Shown: piece by piece, positions 13,400 to 25,718 of the stretch
Layout: each line of letters opens with the position of its first letter
Position numbering within the stretch: the first letter of the stretch is position 1
Assembly (NCBI GenBank): GCA_053919585.1
Contig: CM132790.1
Strand: one strand, 5' to 3'
Length of the DNA stretch: 64,000 nt
DNA from: Euprymna scolopes
Taxonomy: Eukaryota
Program-made: the position numbers and the translations under genes
Notes under the pieces: model-generated
Databases searched by the model: none
Told to the model about the DNA's origin: nothing
The model's input: only the letters and a program-made list of their open reading frames with translations

Positions 13400-13870
13400 A
13401 TTTCGCAATGCCATACAAATAATTTTATAATGTCTTACAAAGAGTTTTGCAATGTCGTACGAATATTTTTGCGATATCGTACGAATATTTTTGCGATATC
13501 ATACGAAATATTTTACAAAGCCGTTCAAATAATTTTACAACATCGTACGAATAATTTTTCAATATCGTACGAACAATTTAGCAATATCGTACGAATAATT
13601 TTGCAATATCGTACGAAAATGTTCAATGTATTATAGATAGTTTTGCCGTCTAATATGAATATTTTTTCACTGTTGTACAAAAGAGTTTTGCAAAGTCATA
13701 CGAACAATTTTACAACATCGTACGAACATTTTTCTAATGGCCTATGGATATTTTTGTAATGTCGTACGAATATTTTTGCAATGTCATATGAATAATTTTG
13801 CAATATCGTACGAACATTTTGCCATCTTGTACAAATGATTTTGCGATATCAGACCAAAGATTTGAAGGAT
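13400..13870 (-). repeat. Reverse-complement array of the same 22-bp minisatellite
   Basis: Unit TTTTGCAATATCGTACGAATAA is the reverse complement of the 10180-10820 unit. Confidence 0.9.
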
Positions 13871-14694
13871 CATATGTGTAGTTTTGGAAAAGTTTTTATA
13901 ATAATAAGTTTTCCTTTGTATGTTTCTTTCGACTCTGAAACGGCTGGTGTGGTTTATATAAAATATTCCATGTATGTAGTTTATGTATCTGGCAGTCTTT
14001 TCAGGTAGTTTGTTTTTGCCTAGATGTACTCGAAAATATTCATAATCTAGGAACTCTAATGGAACAACCAGTTTTTAGCAGAAATAGTTGCTAATATCAC
14101 ACATTGCATCTGGGAAATTATATTACATACAATAAACAGTTCGAACATATAATACCAAGAGTGCGTTCTTTGATGAGCCGGGTACGTCGATATGAATGTT
14201 TTTGTTTAAAGCAGTATTGAATTACGGTAGTCGTCATATTCATTATACACGAAAATTCAAGCTATTATAATCGAACAACGAGAAATGCCAAGCACAGGAA
14301 CTCAACAGTAGTTTGTTATTAAAAAGCTGCGCGTTCGAATAATTTTTTTCTGTTAAGGGAACAAATGAACAATTTTACTTTAATTTTGCATCTAAAACTT
14401 TAATTCGAAATATTATATATAGAAAAAACTTTTTTATAAAATCAAGGGAAGGTTTCTTAAAGTCAAATATAGATTACAATGCATTCTGTACTAATTCACT
14501 GCGGTAGAAATGTGTAACTTTCTCCAGGTGAACCGCATGTGTCCACAAATAAAGCAACAATAAATCGATGTGACTGAAACATTTATTGACATTCTCATCT
14601 TCAATGTTGTTGTTATTTCACTAAATTTCGGCTAACAACAACATATCTTTCGTAAAGATCAAGTACATGATATTATTAAAAACCGAGACACTTT

Positions 14695-16210
14695 GGCCTG
14701 TTGACCAGACATCATCCCAGCTGTGCTACTAAAAATGCTCCGTAAAAGTCGCTCATGTTCTCTCTTTAACAAATACTTTAACGAATCTTGCGTTCCAGGC
14801 TGCTTGAAAACTGCTTCTTTGTTACCAGTTTACAAAAACTTTGGCGAAAGAACTGCCTCATTAGATTATCACGCAATTAGCCCCCTCCCTCTTTTCGCAC
14901 AAAATATTTGAGGTCTTAATTAATCAAGCTCTAGTCCATCACCTAAACGTCTGTCAGACCACCAACGCTAAACATTTGTCAGACCACCAATATCGATTTA
15001 GGCAAGCCCGTTCAACTACATATATTATTACTGTAATTTTCGAACTGTTATACCCAGCACTGGATAAGGGAAGGGATGACAGTAGCTCTAGATATATCTA
15101 GTGGTTGTGACAGGGTATGGTACGATGGTCTTCTCATGAAAAGCAATCATATGGTATTGCTGGACGAATGCTGAGCATGATTAGATCCTTCTTAAATGAG
15201 AGAAGAAACCAGGTTGTCCTCGATGGTCGTACGTCCAACAAATTTTATATAAAGGCGGGTGTACCTAAGGGATCGATCCTTAGACTTTAATTATTTCTGA
15301 TATTCATAAATGCTTTACCTGACAAAAATGCCTGTGAGATGGATTTATATGCCGAGGATACCAAGCTGTAAAGCAGGCACGTGGGGTGAACTAATAAGTC
15401 CATATCTAAGGTAATGACCGAAACCCTAGAGGAAGATCTGTAATGGAATGAGGTCATAAATGGCTGGTAACGTTCAACGCTGCCAAGAAAAGGCTACTTT
15501 CCTTTAATACTTACATGGAACCTTACCAACCACCAATAGCCATGGCTAGAGATATTTTACCCGATAGCACTTCGTTCAAGCTCCTTGGCTTAACTTTCAC
15601 ATTAAACATGAGTTGGAATAGATACATTGAGATAATTGCTAAGGCTGCTGCAAAGAAGATGGGTTCTCTGTATCATGCGAGGAAGTTACTTACGCCTGAA
15701 AGTACCCTGCACCTCTACAAAGCCACGATTCGTTCATGTAAGGAGTATAGCTGACACATTTGGGTTGGTGCATCTGCTACTAGACTCTCACTCTTATAGG
15801 TCCTGATATGTGATCTAAACTTTATCCCCCTTCCACCTCTGCCTGTTTTACAAGTACTTTAATGGAGGATGCTCTGGCGAATTACAATCAATTGTATTCC
15901 CTCGAGGAAAATAGCTCCGACAAACCCGACAAGCAGCAAAGTCCCATCTCTACACAGTTGAGATCCCTACATTTTAGAAAGCGTTTACTGTAATAGCTTC
16001 TTTCCTAGAACGGCAGGACTCTGTAATTTTCTTCCGGTTTCCTGCTTCTCGAACTGTACTGACATTTAGAAGTTTATGTGCTATGTTAACAGACATCTTG
16101 CTGATAAACACCCTACATAGTAGCCCTGTAACTTAGGTCCCTGATAGTAGCCCCCCACACCATTACAATTGCAATATGCCTTGTTTAAGGTGAAAATGTA
16201 AAAAAAATAA
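14695..16210 (+). mobile_element. 5'-truncated CR1/Zenon-like LINE (RT to 3' end), degenerate
   Basis: Aligns by eye to 45880-47446. YAED at ~15348, FKLLGLTFT..HLYKATIR, and the shared 3' end CCTGATAGTAGCCCCC..GGTGAAAATGTAAAAAA. Confidence 0.92.
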
Positions 16211-16989
16211 ATGGAAATAGATTCTACTCTTATTGTTACCAAGAAATTTCTTCATTTGCAGAACATATGTTTTACGTTCTATTTTCTGCGTTTATTTTTC
16301 ACTGAGTTCATCCCTGATTTAAGAACCGTAAAATATGCTTGCTCTCATCTTTTATACGATAAATTCTTGAAAGGTAAGTGAAGCAATCATAACGTCTGCT
16401 CAGGGTATTAGTGAACTGCATTAAGCCGGGTTTGATGTGTAGCAGTGGTGCATGTTTTCTATCTATTAACCAGAAAATAGTGCATGCCCTTTTTTCCTTA
16501 AAAGGCACTCATTTCTCCTTCAGATGCTTTTAGTTGGTGTATGCTCAGAAGACACTGTACAACGATTTCAGTGTTTTCTGATTTCAAGCTGATCCACATG
16601 CCTTTATCAGAGAATTAAGCAAGATACGCTGGAGAATGGTTGTAAACGAGGTTTATTTGATTTGTAGTACTTTCAACCTTTTTTCTGGTATAGTTTGCAG
16701 ATAAATATGCATATTTAAAACAGTCGGTTGCAAGTGACTTCTCGTTTGCAATGTTTATTAGTCATCACTTCATTCGTGTTGCAAGAAAAATCTTCATAAA
16801 GTGTCAATCAATATCCCACTAATCAAGTGGGGGTCTGATCCTTTTCTCGGTATTTCGATTCTCTTCTTGGGGCTTTCTGAATTGTGTTTTTAATTATTCC
16901 TACCTCATTGTGCTTGCAGTTTTTGTTTAAGAGTTTTAGCTGAAGCTAAATACATAGTTGTCACCGTGAAGCATTCCAAACATGTTCGC

Positions 16990-16990
<1 letters not shown>

Positions 16991-17059
<69 letters not shown>

Positions 17060-17061
17060 TA
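16991..17061. repeat. (ATT)n microsatellite
   Basis: Directly visible; a second (ATT)n(AGT)n tract lies at ~17450-17505. Confidence 0.95.
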
Positions 17062-17450
17062 CTCATTTTGGAGAGTCACGCAAGGAATGATCAAAGAAAA
17101 CTCTTTAAGAACAACTTTCTGCGTTCCCTTGAATCTAAATAACACTAATTCTCGCCTGATTTGCTGTACCCCCCTTCCTTCTATAAGCTTTGCAAAAAAA
17201 TGTGACTTATCGTAACAGTCGCTTACTATTGATATCTCCTTGGCTGAAACTATTGGTCTTCACTCTTTGAGATCATTTAGTTCACGGTCCTCTTTTAACT
17301 CATCCAGCTGATGTCGGGTTATTTTTTCTCTACTCGGTCTTCCATCGTTCATTATTCGGCGTGGTAGTTGTTTATGGTGGCAGCAGTGCGCAGCATTGCT
17401 TCACAAATAAAGCAACAATAAATATTATTATTTGTAGTAGCATTAATTAA

Positions 17451-17482
<32 letters not shown>

Positions 17483-18150
17483 GTAGTAGTAGTAGTAGTA
17501 GTAATAGTTGTATCATTTTACATATATAAAAAACAGCGGCGTTTATCAGTCCTGTATCTCCCAATTAATATAATTTATTTTATTTACGAAATATACAAAT
17601 TAAGTGAAATTAAGGAGAGGAAAGAGGTTGTGGCGATGGTTATTGAAAGGCTCACGCCTGAAAACTGCAATTGTGATTTTCGGAAGTTGTTAGACCAGTA
17701 TAAAGTCATTGAATTTGTAGGATATTACTTCTATGGGAACTAAACATTCATGTGTGTACTATTAATGAAAGTTCGCATACAAAACAATTCTGGAAATTTA
17801 TTCAAGGTGTATCCTATATACGAGGATTTCACTTCTTATATAAGAAAATGCTTTTTAAATTCATTCCAAAAATAAGTTTATATGATATTGAAACTGAAAT
17901 ATTAAAAAGATACATATTTCTAAAAGAAATATAAAATGTTATCAAGGACACACTTTTTCCTTATGGTAAAATGTAATGGCTGTTAATTCTAATTTTTCAA
18001 ACATTATTTCATAAACTGTATCAACATTGCCGCTTACCAAACGTACAAATGCTCATTTGAAAAATGTAAGGACGCAAGTCGCGCGTAGCATGCAAGAAAA
18101 CATGATAATGTCATATTTCCCTAATAGACATTATATTAAATTGAGTCGAA

Positions 18151-18153
<3 letters not shown>

Positions 18154-18239
<86 letters not shown>
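18154..18239. repeat. (TA)n microsatellite
   Basis: Directly visible. Confidence 0.95.
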
Positions 18240-18242
<3 letters not shown>

Positions 18243-18699
18243 GTTCCTGCTATGATATTTAAAATGAAGCGCGCTTCGAATTTATCGTAACTGATATGTA
18301 TTCAAAGTAACATTTTTTCATCATAAATTGTGTAATTTTCTTCAGTCTCAAAGCTATGTCTGAGCAGTAGGCGGGTTTTCTTTCCAAAGACTTAGATTCA
18401 TGAAGATATTTTTTTGATTAGCAAATATATTTATTGTATGTAATACATTTAAAATCATGCAGCGAACGCATCACGCCTATATTCGATTTTCTAATAAGAC
18501 AATTATTCTCATGACCTTATTGACGCATACAAAATATCGACATGATATCAGTAACCCATTTGATAAGCTACTTTTACATATTCGTTCATATAGAAATAGG
18601 GAATTTAAATGCATGGATATTTATTATTAATTATTATTAAAATGAACAAAAAACAGAAAACTATATTACGTTTCTGAATTTTTGAGATAAGGATTTGCT

Positions 18700-19760
18700 T
18701 TTTTATATTATTATTCATCTCAAGTGTGATTTTCACAACATTTCGGCGATATAATCTCCGACTTCTTATGGTTTATCTTGTCGAACTTTGGAATGTTTCT
18801 GTCGAACTCTGGAATTTGGACGAAAATTCGAGCGGAACCCTTTATTTACTTCATGAGTGTAGCTTGATATTGTTCCGTCAGCAATTAACTAGATAGACAT
18901 CCTAAGTAATTTGCAAATGTATATTTCGGTCGCTTAAACTGAGGATTGATCCTCCAACATTCAGAAGAACATCACTTTTAAAATTGATTTTTCTCAGTAC
19001 TCTAATAACTACAGCAAGGGTCTTTGCGGGAAAATCCATTAAGACTTTTATAATTCTTACACCTATTTTTATTCTAGTTTTAAATATCACTACTTATTAC
19101 TAATTATTATTATATGTTTTTGTGTATATATCTCTATACATATTACTTGTATATATCAATGTTCTTACTTATTACATGTATGCATTATCTATTGTTTTTA
19201 ATAACTGGGGCCTACATCGTATTACAATCTAATAAGCAGTTGATTTTCCCTAGCCTATGTAGAGCTTGTTTCAGTCGTCTTACATTTTACCGTTCCTCTC
19301 TGTCTCTAATTTTTACTTCGCCCGACAATTGCAGATTGTTTCCATTTTCTTTCCAGATACTGCAAGCTATACCTGATGTTTCAGTCTCGCCACGTACTAC
19401 AGCTTTTCGATATTCTTCTAAACGGACTTTCAACGGACGACAGGTTTCACCCCTGTAAAGTATTCTACATTTACATGGATTTCATATACACATGTCTTAG
19501 TCATGATTTTCATATATACAGTTCTCACGCTACGCTCGTGAAGTAAATAAAGTTGTCTGTTCGAGATTCCGTCAAAATTCCCGGACTACTGTTCTCATCT
19601 TTAGTGGAATTTTCAAAACATTTTGGTCGATAGTACCTACGACCTACTTCAGATGGCTCTAGCCTCTGAAGAAGGTCGTAGGTACTATCAACCAAAATGT
19701 TTTGAAAATTCCACTAAAGATGAGAACAGTAGTCCGATGAATGATAAAACAACTATATTG
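18700..19760 (-). mobile_element. 5'-truncated Penelope-like element: GIY-YIG endonuclease end plus pLTR, with inverted pLTR pieces at its 5' side
   Basis: Minus strand ~19530-19230 reads CVYEI-CKCRILYRGETCRPLKVRLEEYRKAVVRGETETSGIACSIWKENGN..EVKIRDREE. 19528-19582 is an inverted copy of 18810-18864. Degenerate hammerhead motifs occur at ~18735-18775 and in the 19582-19736 hairpin. Confidence 0.8.
19582..19736. repeat. Near-perfect ~77-bp-arm palindrome made of PLE pLTR sequence
   Basis: Arms 19582-19658 and 19661-19736 with a 2-nt loop and about three differences. The right arm has CTGAAGA-AGGT..ACC-AAAATGTT (decayed hammerhead). Confidence 0.9.
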
Positions 19761-20280
19761 TAACCATACTGGTAGTCTGACAGTTTTATTAAGAGTTGTA
19801 TTTTAAATGTGTATCTACTATAGTTAACTAAGTTTTGGAATTCGTTTAAAGGTGGAGACCATATCTGTAATTTTTATACACTTGAGCAAAATATTGAAAA
19901 ATGAGTTCATGTTTAGACTCGTACCCGGCGATATCTTACGAAAATACTGTCGAAAACGAATGAAGGTTGTTAACAGGGACAGAATGAAGGTAAGAGCACA
20001 CATGGAAAAATATAGACATGAGTAACACGGGTTATAGTGAAACGAAAAAATATGTTCTAATTCAAAAGTGAAAAATATGAGTTGTATCGCCTGAAGAACT
20101 TTCTGTAAATCAATATGTTGCCGTTTCGTAGAGGTGAAATCGTGAAGTTGTGTTATTATCGATGAAAACTTGCATTAAAAAGATAATCTGGAGATTCTAT
20201 TCCATTGATACAGAAATTGAAGTTTTTATATATGAATTTCACAATCAAAATAAGTATTAATTTATATACAAATATGTATA

Positions 20281-20326
<46 letters not shown>

Positions 20327-20353
20327 TATAAAATATATTTTAGTCATCGACAT

Positions 20354-20389
20354 ACAGACCTGTTTCGTTGTTTCACAACTCATCAGTGC
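20354..20389 (-). ncRNA. Minimal type I hammerhead ribozyme motif with intact core
   Basis: Minus strand GCA-CTGATGA-GTTG-TGAAA-CAAC-GAAAC-AG-GTC-TGT: complete CUGAUGA/GAAA core, 4-bp stem II, GUC cleavage triplet, short stem I and a 2-nt stem III loop (dimer-type). Confidence 0.8.
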
Positions 20390-20399
20390 CGCTAGACTA

Positions 20400-20477
20400 A
20401 CACCTCTCCCAAGCCGAGGATCGAACCTAGAACCGTCGTGATGACAGTCGGCAGTTCTACCCCTTGACTACGGAATC
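20400..20477 (-). mobile_element. tRNA-derived SINE head (Asp-like, GTC in loop) with Pol III A and B boxes
   Basis: A box TAGTCAAGGGG (20460-20470) and B box GGTTCGATCC (20418-20427) at tRNA spacing; CTGTCA anticodon-like loop. The acceptor stem is not intact, so it is not a tRNA gene. Confidence 0.75.
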
Positions 20478-20602
20478 GATGGCCGAAATTAACCTGTCCG
20501 AACGATTATTTAAATAAACATCCGTCCGCTACTCGTATATATATATATACTAATATATACATCATATAAACATCATTTTAGAACAAAATTTAATATATAC
20601 AG

Positions 20603-20633
<31 letters not shown>

Positions 20634-20757
20634 CATATATATACATGTGTTAATTGTAGTGATTCAATAATGTTCAAAAATACCGTTTTTTAAGTGAAAT
20701 ATTTGAGTTTCATATCAAAGATTTTATTATTCTAACCTAGACAAAAATACTTTCGAG

Positions 20758-20972
20758 ATTTAATCTCCTTAACCTATAGGGTTTCGATGTCAGCCATCAC
20801 TTCAGAGGAGAAAATATTAGTAAATAATTTTAAAGGTATGCACCCTATTTTCAAAAATCAGTGAGATATGGACTTTAGCAAATAGGGTACATACCTTTTT
20901 AAATATTTGCTAATATTTAAACCTCTGAAGAGATGGTAGACATCAAAATCCTTTACGTTAACGAGATAAAAT
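20758..20972. mobile_element. Diverged inverted repeat (~93-bp arms) with a hammerhead motif in each arm; probable PLE remnant
   Basis: Arms 20758-20850 and 20880-20972. Left arm (minus) CCT-CTGAAGT-GATG-GCTGA-CATC-GAAAC; right arm CCT-CTGAAGA-GATG-GTAGA-CATC-AAAAT. Confidence 0.7.
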
Positions 20973-21581
20973 TTATGTTCTCTTGAAAGAGATACATGCC
21001 AATATAATATACATTTTATACGTACCTAGTTTTAACAATGAGTAAATGCCACCAAGTGTGATTGTAAAATAAGCTATACATGATTAACGGAGTAAAGAAT
21101 ACTGAATCACTGTTGTGCATGCTTATCCATCCGAAAAATGTTTCTCCCTTTTCACTTATTTTCCGAGTAAAATTAGGATAGCATCCGACACTCATGAAAA
21201 CACTCCTGGCTTTAAAGTTTATTTATATCATTAAAAAGTAATTTAGTTGGACAGTAAATTTGCATGAATATACGTACCCGTAAATTTATGTTACGGGGGT
21301 GTTCATTTGTTTCATAAGGTTCATTGACTGAAGTGTACACACAAATACACGCTTTAATAATATTTGACCATCTATCAAACGTGGGAATTTTATAGCGCCA
21401 ACAATATGTGTTAAATTTAAAACATTATAAATTAAATAAAGCTCATGAAAATATATTAGCGGAGAAATGTTTATGTTAAAGACGCGGTTTCACTCTCCGT
21501 TACCCATTTCTCTCCTGATTGTATACACACCAATACATACATACACAAACACACGCGCACACACACGCACACACACCCACC

Positions 21582-21636
<55 letters not shown>

Positions 21637-21686
21637 ATATACATGTTGTTTTGAAAAAAAAGAAAAACCGAATGAATTTATGAAAT

Positions 21687-21726
21687 GATCAACGTTTCAT
21701 CCCTATTGCAGAGGGCATGGTCAGGA
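21687..21726 (-). ncRNA. Degenerate hammerhead motif in 3' pLTR
   Basis: CTGACCA-TGCCCT-CTGCAAT-AGGGAT-GAAACGTTG; core is mutated. Confidence 0.55.
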
Positions 21727-21852
21727 TATTAAAAGGAAAAATGCAAAAAAAAAACGATCATAGCCCATATTAAATGAAAAGGAAACAGTGTTAGAATCCT
21801 ACCCATATCGGGAAGCAAAATATGTGTGTGTGTGTGGGAAGGTTGGGTTGTT

Positions 21853-21891
<39 letters not shown>

Positions 21892-22215
21892 TATATAAAT
21901 ATATATGTATGTATACTCTTTCAAAGCTACGTTAAATAAATAGGTACACTTTTTATCTAAACTTATTCATTCGGTTGACTTATTAAAGGATTAAGAAAAA
22001 AACGGTAAACCAGGATCTGTGTTGACTTTTTGTTCTTTGATTATTATTTTCCCTATGGTAAATGTTAGAATTCCTTTCCGTTCGTAATAGTATTATTGTT
22101 TAATATTAATGCTGACTCTAAAGTCTTCTTTTATCTCGATCTATCACGTATTTTACAATTTTCGCATGATCTAAATTAAATGAAATGATCTAAATTAAAT
22201 TTAAAAAATCAAAAA

Positions 22216-23078
22216 TGTTAGAACTTTTTTAACAATAAAAAATATAAATTAAATATTTTACACATCCGAACGTAACGACTTTTATTCTAGAAAAAGATAG
22301 GCACTCGACCAAGTTATCCGGAAATAGAAATCTTCTTTCGCTATAGAAAGAGATGAATATATGCCAGCTACCAGTTGACAAAAAGACAGCGGATGGATCA
22401 CTAGTGCGAAAACGTTAAGTAATTTTTTTTTAAACTAATCCTAAATGTTTTTTATGTTACCTTGTTTTTAAATTGTTTTTCGTATTTTATTTATGTATTT
22501 TGTCTGTATTCTCATGTCTCATCCGTCACTTCCCCACACGCTACAAAGTAAACGATAAAAACAAACAAAATGCCGGCAATTAACGATAAAAGAAAACAAA
22601 AGCCGGAATTAACCTCTATTAGAGTAGCTAACGTTAGTACTTTATTAAAAAGTGTTAGAACTTTTTAACAATAAAAAATGTAAATTAAATATTTTACACA
22701 TCCGAACGTAACGAATGTTATTCTATAAATAGATAGGCAATCGACCAAGTTATCTGGAAATAGAAATCTTCTTTGGCTCTAGAAAGAGATTACGATATGC
22801 CAGCTACCAGTTGACAAAAAGACAGCGGACGGATCACTAGTGCAAAAACCTTAAGTATTTTTAAAAAACTAATCCCAAATGTTTTATGTTACCTTGTTTT
22901 TAAACTTGTTTTTCGTGTTTTATTTATGTATTTTGTCTGTTTTCTCCTATCTCATCCGCCACTTCCCCCCATGCTACAAAGTAAACGATAAAAACAAACA
23001 AAATGCCGGCAACTAACGATCAAAGAAAAAATGCCGGAAATTAATCTATTAGAGTATATAAAGATAGGACTTTATTTA
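22216..23078. repeat. Tandem duplication, period ~437 bp, inserted in the PLE
   Basis: Units start at 22216 and 22653 (TGTTAGAACTTTTT..) and align throughout. Confidence 0.92.
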
Positions 23079-24848
23079 AGTAGTATACTTAATATATACT
23101 ATTACTGCAAGCTTGCCTGTATTGAAAATGCTTGCTTCATGCTGGCCAACCAAACCATCTAATATAGTTAGAATAATGTTCAAGTACATTCGAAATATAA
23201 TACAGTGCAAAAAAACAGTTAATCATGACAACGAACCTCCTAAAGTAAAACCTTGAATAATTATCTCTACTGGAATGTAAATTAATATTTAGCTGACTTT
23301 ACAAATTGATAATAGTTAATTAATGGATTTAAATTAATTATAAGGAGAAACTCTAATGATTAAAACTCGATAGATAACGACAAACTTCCACCCATTGATA
23401 TGGGAGGGGAGATTATCATCAAAGTGCCATGAATTGTTAACTTAGCACCGGACGTACTACTTAGATATAAATAAGTCACTTGTATCCATTCCCCTCCCCC
23501 TCCTTTTTTTAAATGAAAAGTAGATAATACAGTGGATGTGTTATCGGCAGCTCCAGTAATTCTCGCTTCTCCTATTTTGTCATTCAGTCCTCATTCAATA
23601 AGTGATTTTTCTGCCAAAGGGTGAAGAAAAAGCTGCTTAAAGATCTGTAGTACTTGGTAGTTTTTAATGTATGTTTTATTGTCGTGGAAGTTGTTTGTAT
23701 CAAGTGAAACCAAATCTATTAAGAGTGTCGTAGGTTTCTGTATTTTTAGTTTCGGTGGGAACGAAAAAATGTCTGTTTAATACTGAGGTATTTGTTTTAT
23801 TTTTCTATCTGTTTATATTATACTGTATTCTCGCAGCTTTTTTCCTTGCGTAAGAAATCAAATAGAATGGGTACTGCATTTTTTAAAACATTCGTAAGGT
23901 ATTTAATTTCATCATAAAGATTTTAGGAGCTGCATATTTTAAAGGCATGCAAGAAAAAAAAAACAATAATCATGCCAGTATCATTGTGGTGCGAGTAGTA
24001 GTGAATATACTCGTTTTTGTGTGTGGTCTTTCTATGTACTTTGAAACTTAGATGTGTTTCTGATCTGATGAGGAGTATATGTAGAAAAGCTAGGGAGGGG
24101 TCTTGTAAATACTGAATTTTATTTATTTCTAAGTTGTTCTATTTGTGCATTTATGGGGAGAAAAATAAGAATACCATCTATATATCTGAAGTATGTGGAG
24201 TTTTTAGGTAGTCTGAATTTGAAAGAGTTGGTATCTAGAAATGCTAAAAATAAGCAAGCTAGTACACCACTAAGGGGGTTACCCATAGGGAGTCCAACAT
24301 TTTGTCAATAGTAAGAATTATTAAACTTAAAATAGGTTCTATCGGTGATGAGTGTTATAATTTGTATTAATGTATCCGAGGAGAAAGGTAGCTCGGCTTT
24401 AATTTTACTTAGGTACTTGTGGAGTATATTAAGGCATTTTTTATTGGAATATTAGTGTAGAGGGAAATTATCTAAACTATGCATGGTTTTATTTTGTATG
24501 CCCAAATTTTTTTTTTATTTTGTTTAGGAGGTCGCCAGAGTGTTTAATATGTGAAGTGCTGATCGTGCCCGTTAGTGGAGTTAAAATTTGGGCAATAGCT
24601 CGTGCTAATTTGAGGGTGACGCTTCCGATGTTAGATACTATAGGTCGCATGGGGATATTTTCTTTATGTGTTTTGGGGAGGCCGTATAATACAGGAATAG
24701 TTGTGTGGTAGTCTTTGTTATTTATCCATTTTTTATCATTTTTTTATAATTTTTTTCATGGATTTATTGAATCGTTCGAAATATTTTTGTATTGATTTTA
24801 ATCTATCGGAGTATATGTACCTCCGTCTGCTAATAGTGTGTGCATTTT

Positions 24849-24897
<49 letters not shown>

Positions 24898-25678
24898 TGA
24901 TAACAATATCACCTCCTTTATCGGCTTGTAAAATTATGATGTCTTTATTTTTTGTTAAGAGTTTTAAGGCATCAATGTATCTCTTTGGTAATGCAAATTC
25001 TTGAGTTTGGGTAGTTGTTAAAGATATTATTCCTTGTAAGAAGTTCTTAGTGAAATTCGAGTCATCTTGCCTATAATTTTTTAGTGTTAAGTTAGTGGTG
25101 ATTTTCGAGTATTTGCCGGTAGCAAATCTATAACCGAAACTGAGAGCTTCAGTTTCAATGTCCGAGAGTGTTTTTTTTAAGTAAGGTTTGGAACAAGGTC
25201 TGGACGTCCTAAAGTTTTCCATTTGCTGTTGTTTATCAGTTGAGCTAGTTTGTTTTCCAATTAACATGTATGGCGCGATTTGACTGATTTGTGTACGTTT
25301 TAAATTTATCTGGGTGTTTTCTTGTAATTTTGTTGATATTCAGTAATTAATATCCTGGTTTTTCGAAAAAGATGAGGGTTTTGGTGATTTAAATATTCTA
25401 CGGAGGACAGCAGGTATTTTTCAATGTATTCCGGTAAACTATGTTATGATGTTTTAACAGATTTGGGTATGGATGCGGGTATGCCATTTTCATCAATATA
25501 TTTTTCCAGAAAATTCTCCTGTTGTTGTGAGAATTTGCTGCGATTAAGATGCTCTTGTATGTTCGCAGAAAAGATCGGTTTTCCATTTCGACAGAATGTA
25601 TAAAATAAAAAAAAATACCAGCGATGATTGACGTTATGCTGTTTTGAAAAACAGAAACACTGATTGAATGTATGAAAT

Positions 25679-25718
25679 GGCCAACGTTTCGTCCCTACTG
25701 CAGAGGGCAGCTTCGGGA
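25679..25718 (-). ncRNA. Degenerate hammerhead motif in 5' pLTR
   Basis: CCGAAGC-TGCCCT-CTGCAGT-AGGGAC-GAAACGTTGG. A consensus with the 3' pLTR copy can restore CTGAAGA..GAAAC. Confidence 0.6.

Noticed and set aside
10180-13870. CRISPR-like array
   Set aside because: Units are contiguous and degenerate with no unique spacers, there are no cas genes, and the context is eukaryotic.
17062-17350. Possible RTE 3' end with (TAA)n tail on the minus strand
   Set aside because: Only a GRP tripeptide and the adjacent microsatellite support it.
16982-18290. Poly-Ile and YIYI ORFs (also at 7803, 20156, 21467, 24701, 26823, 60552)
   Set aside because: Translations of (ATT)n and (TA)n microsatellites.
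20400-20477. Functional tRNA gene (also 48775-48835, 59165-59195, 60405-60480)
   Set aside because: Acceptor and anticodon stems do not pair properly; treated as SINE heads or fragments.
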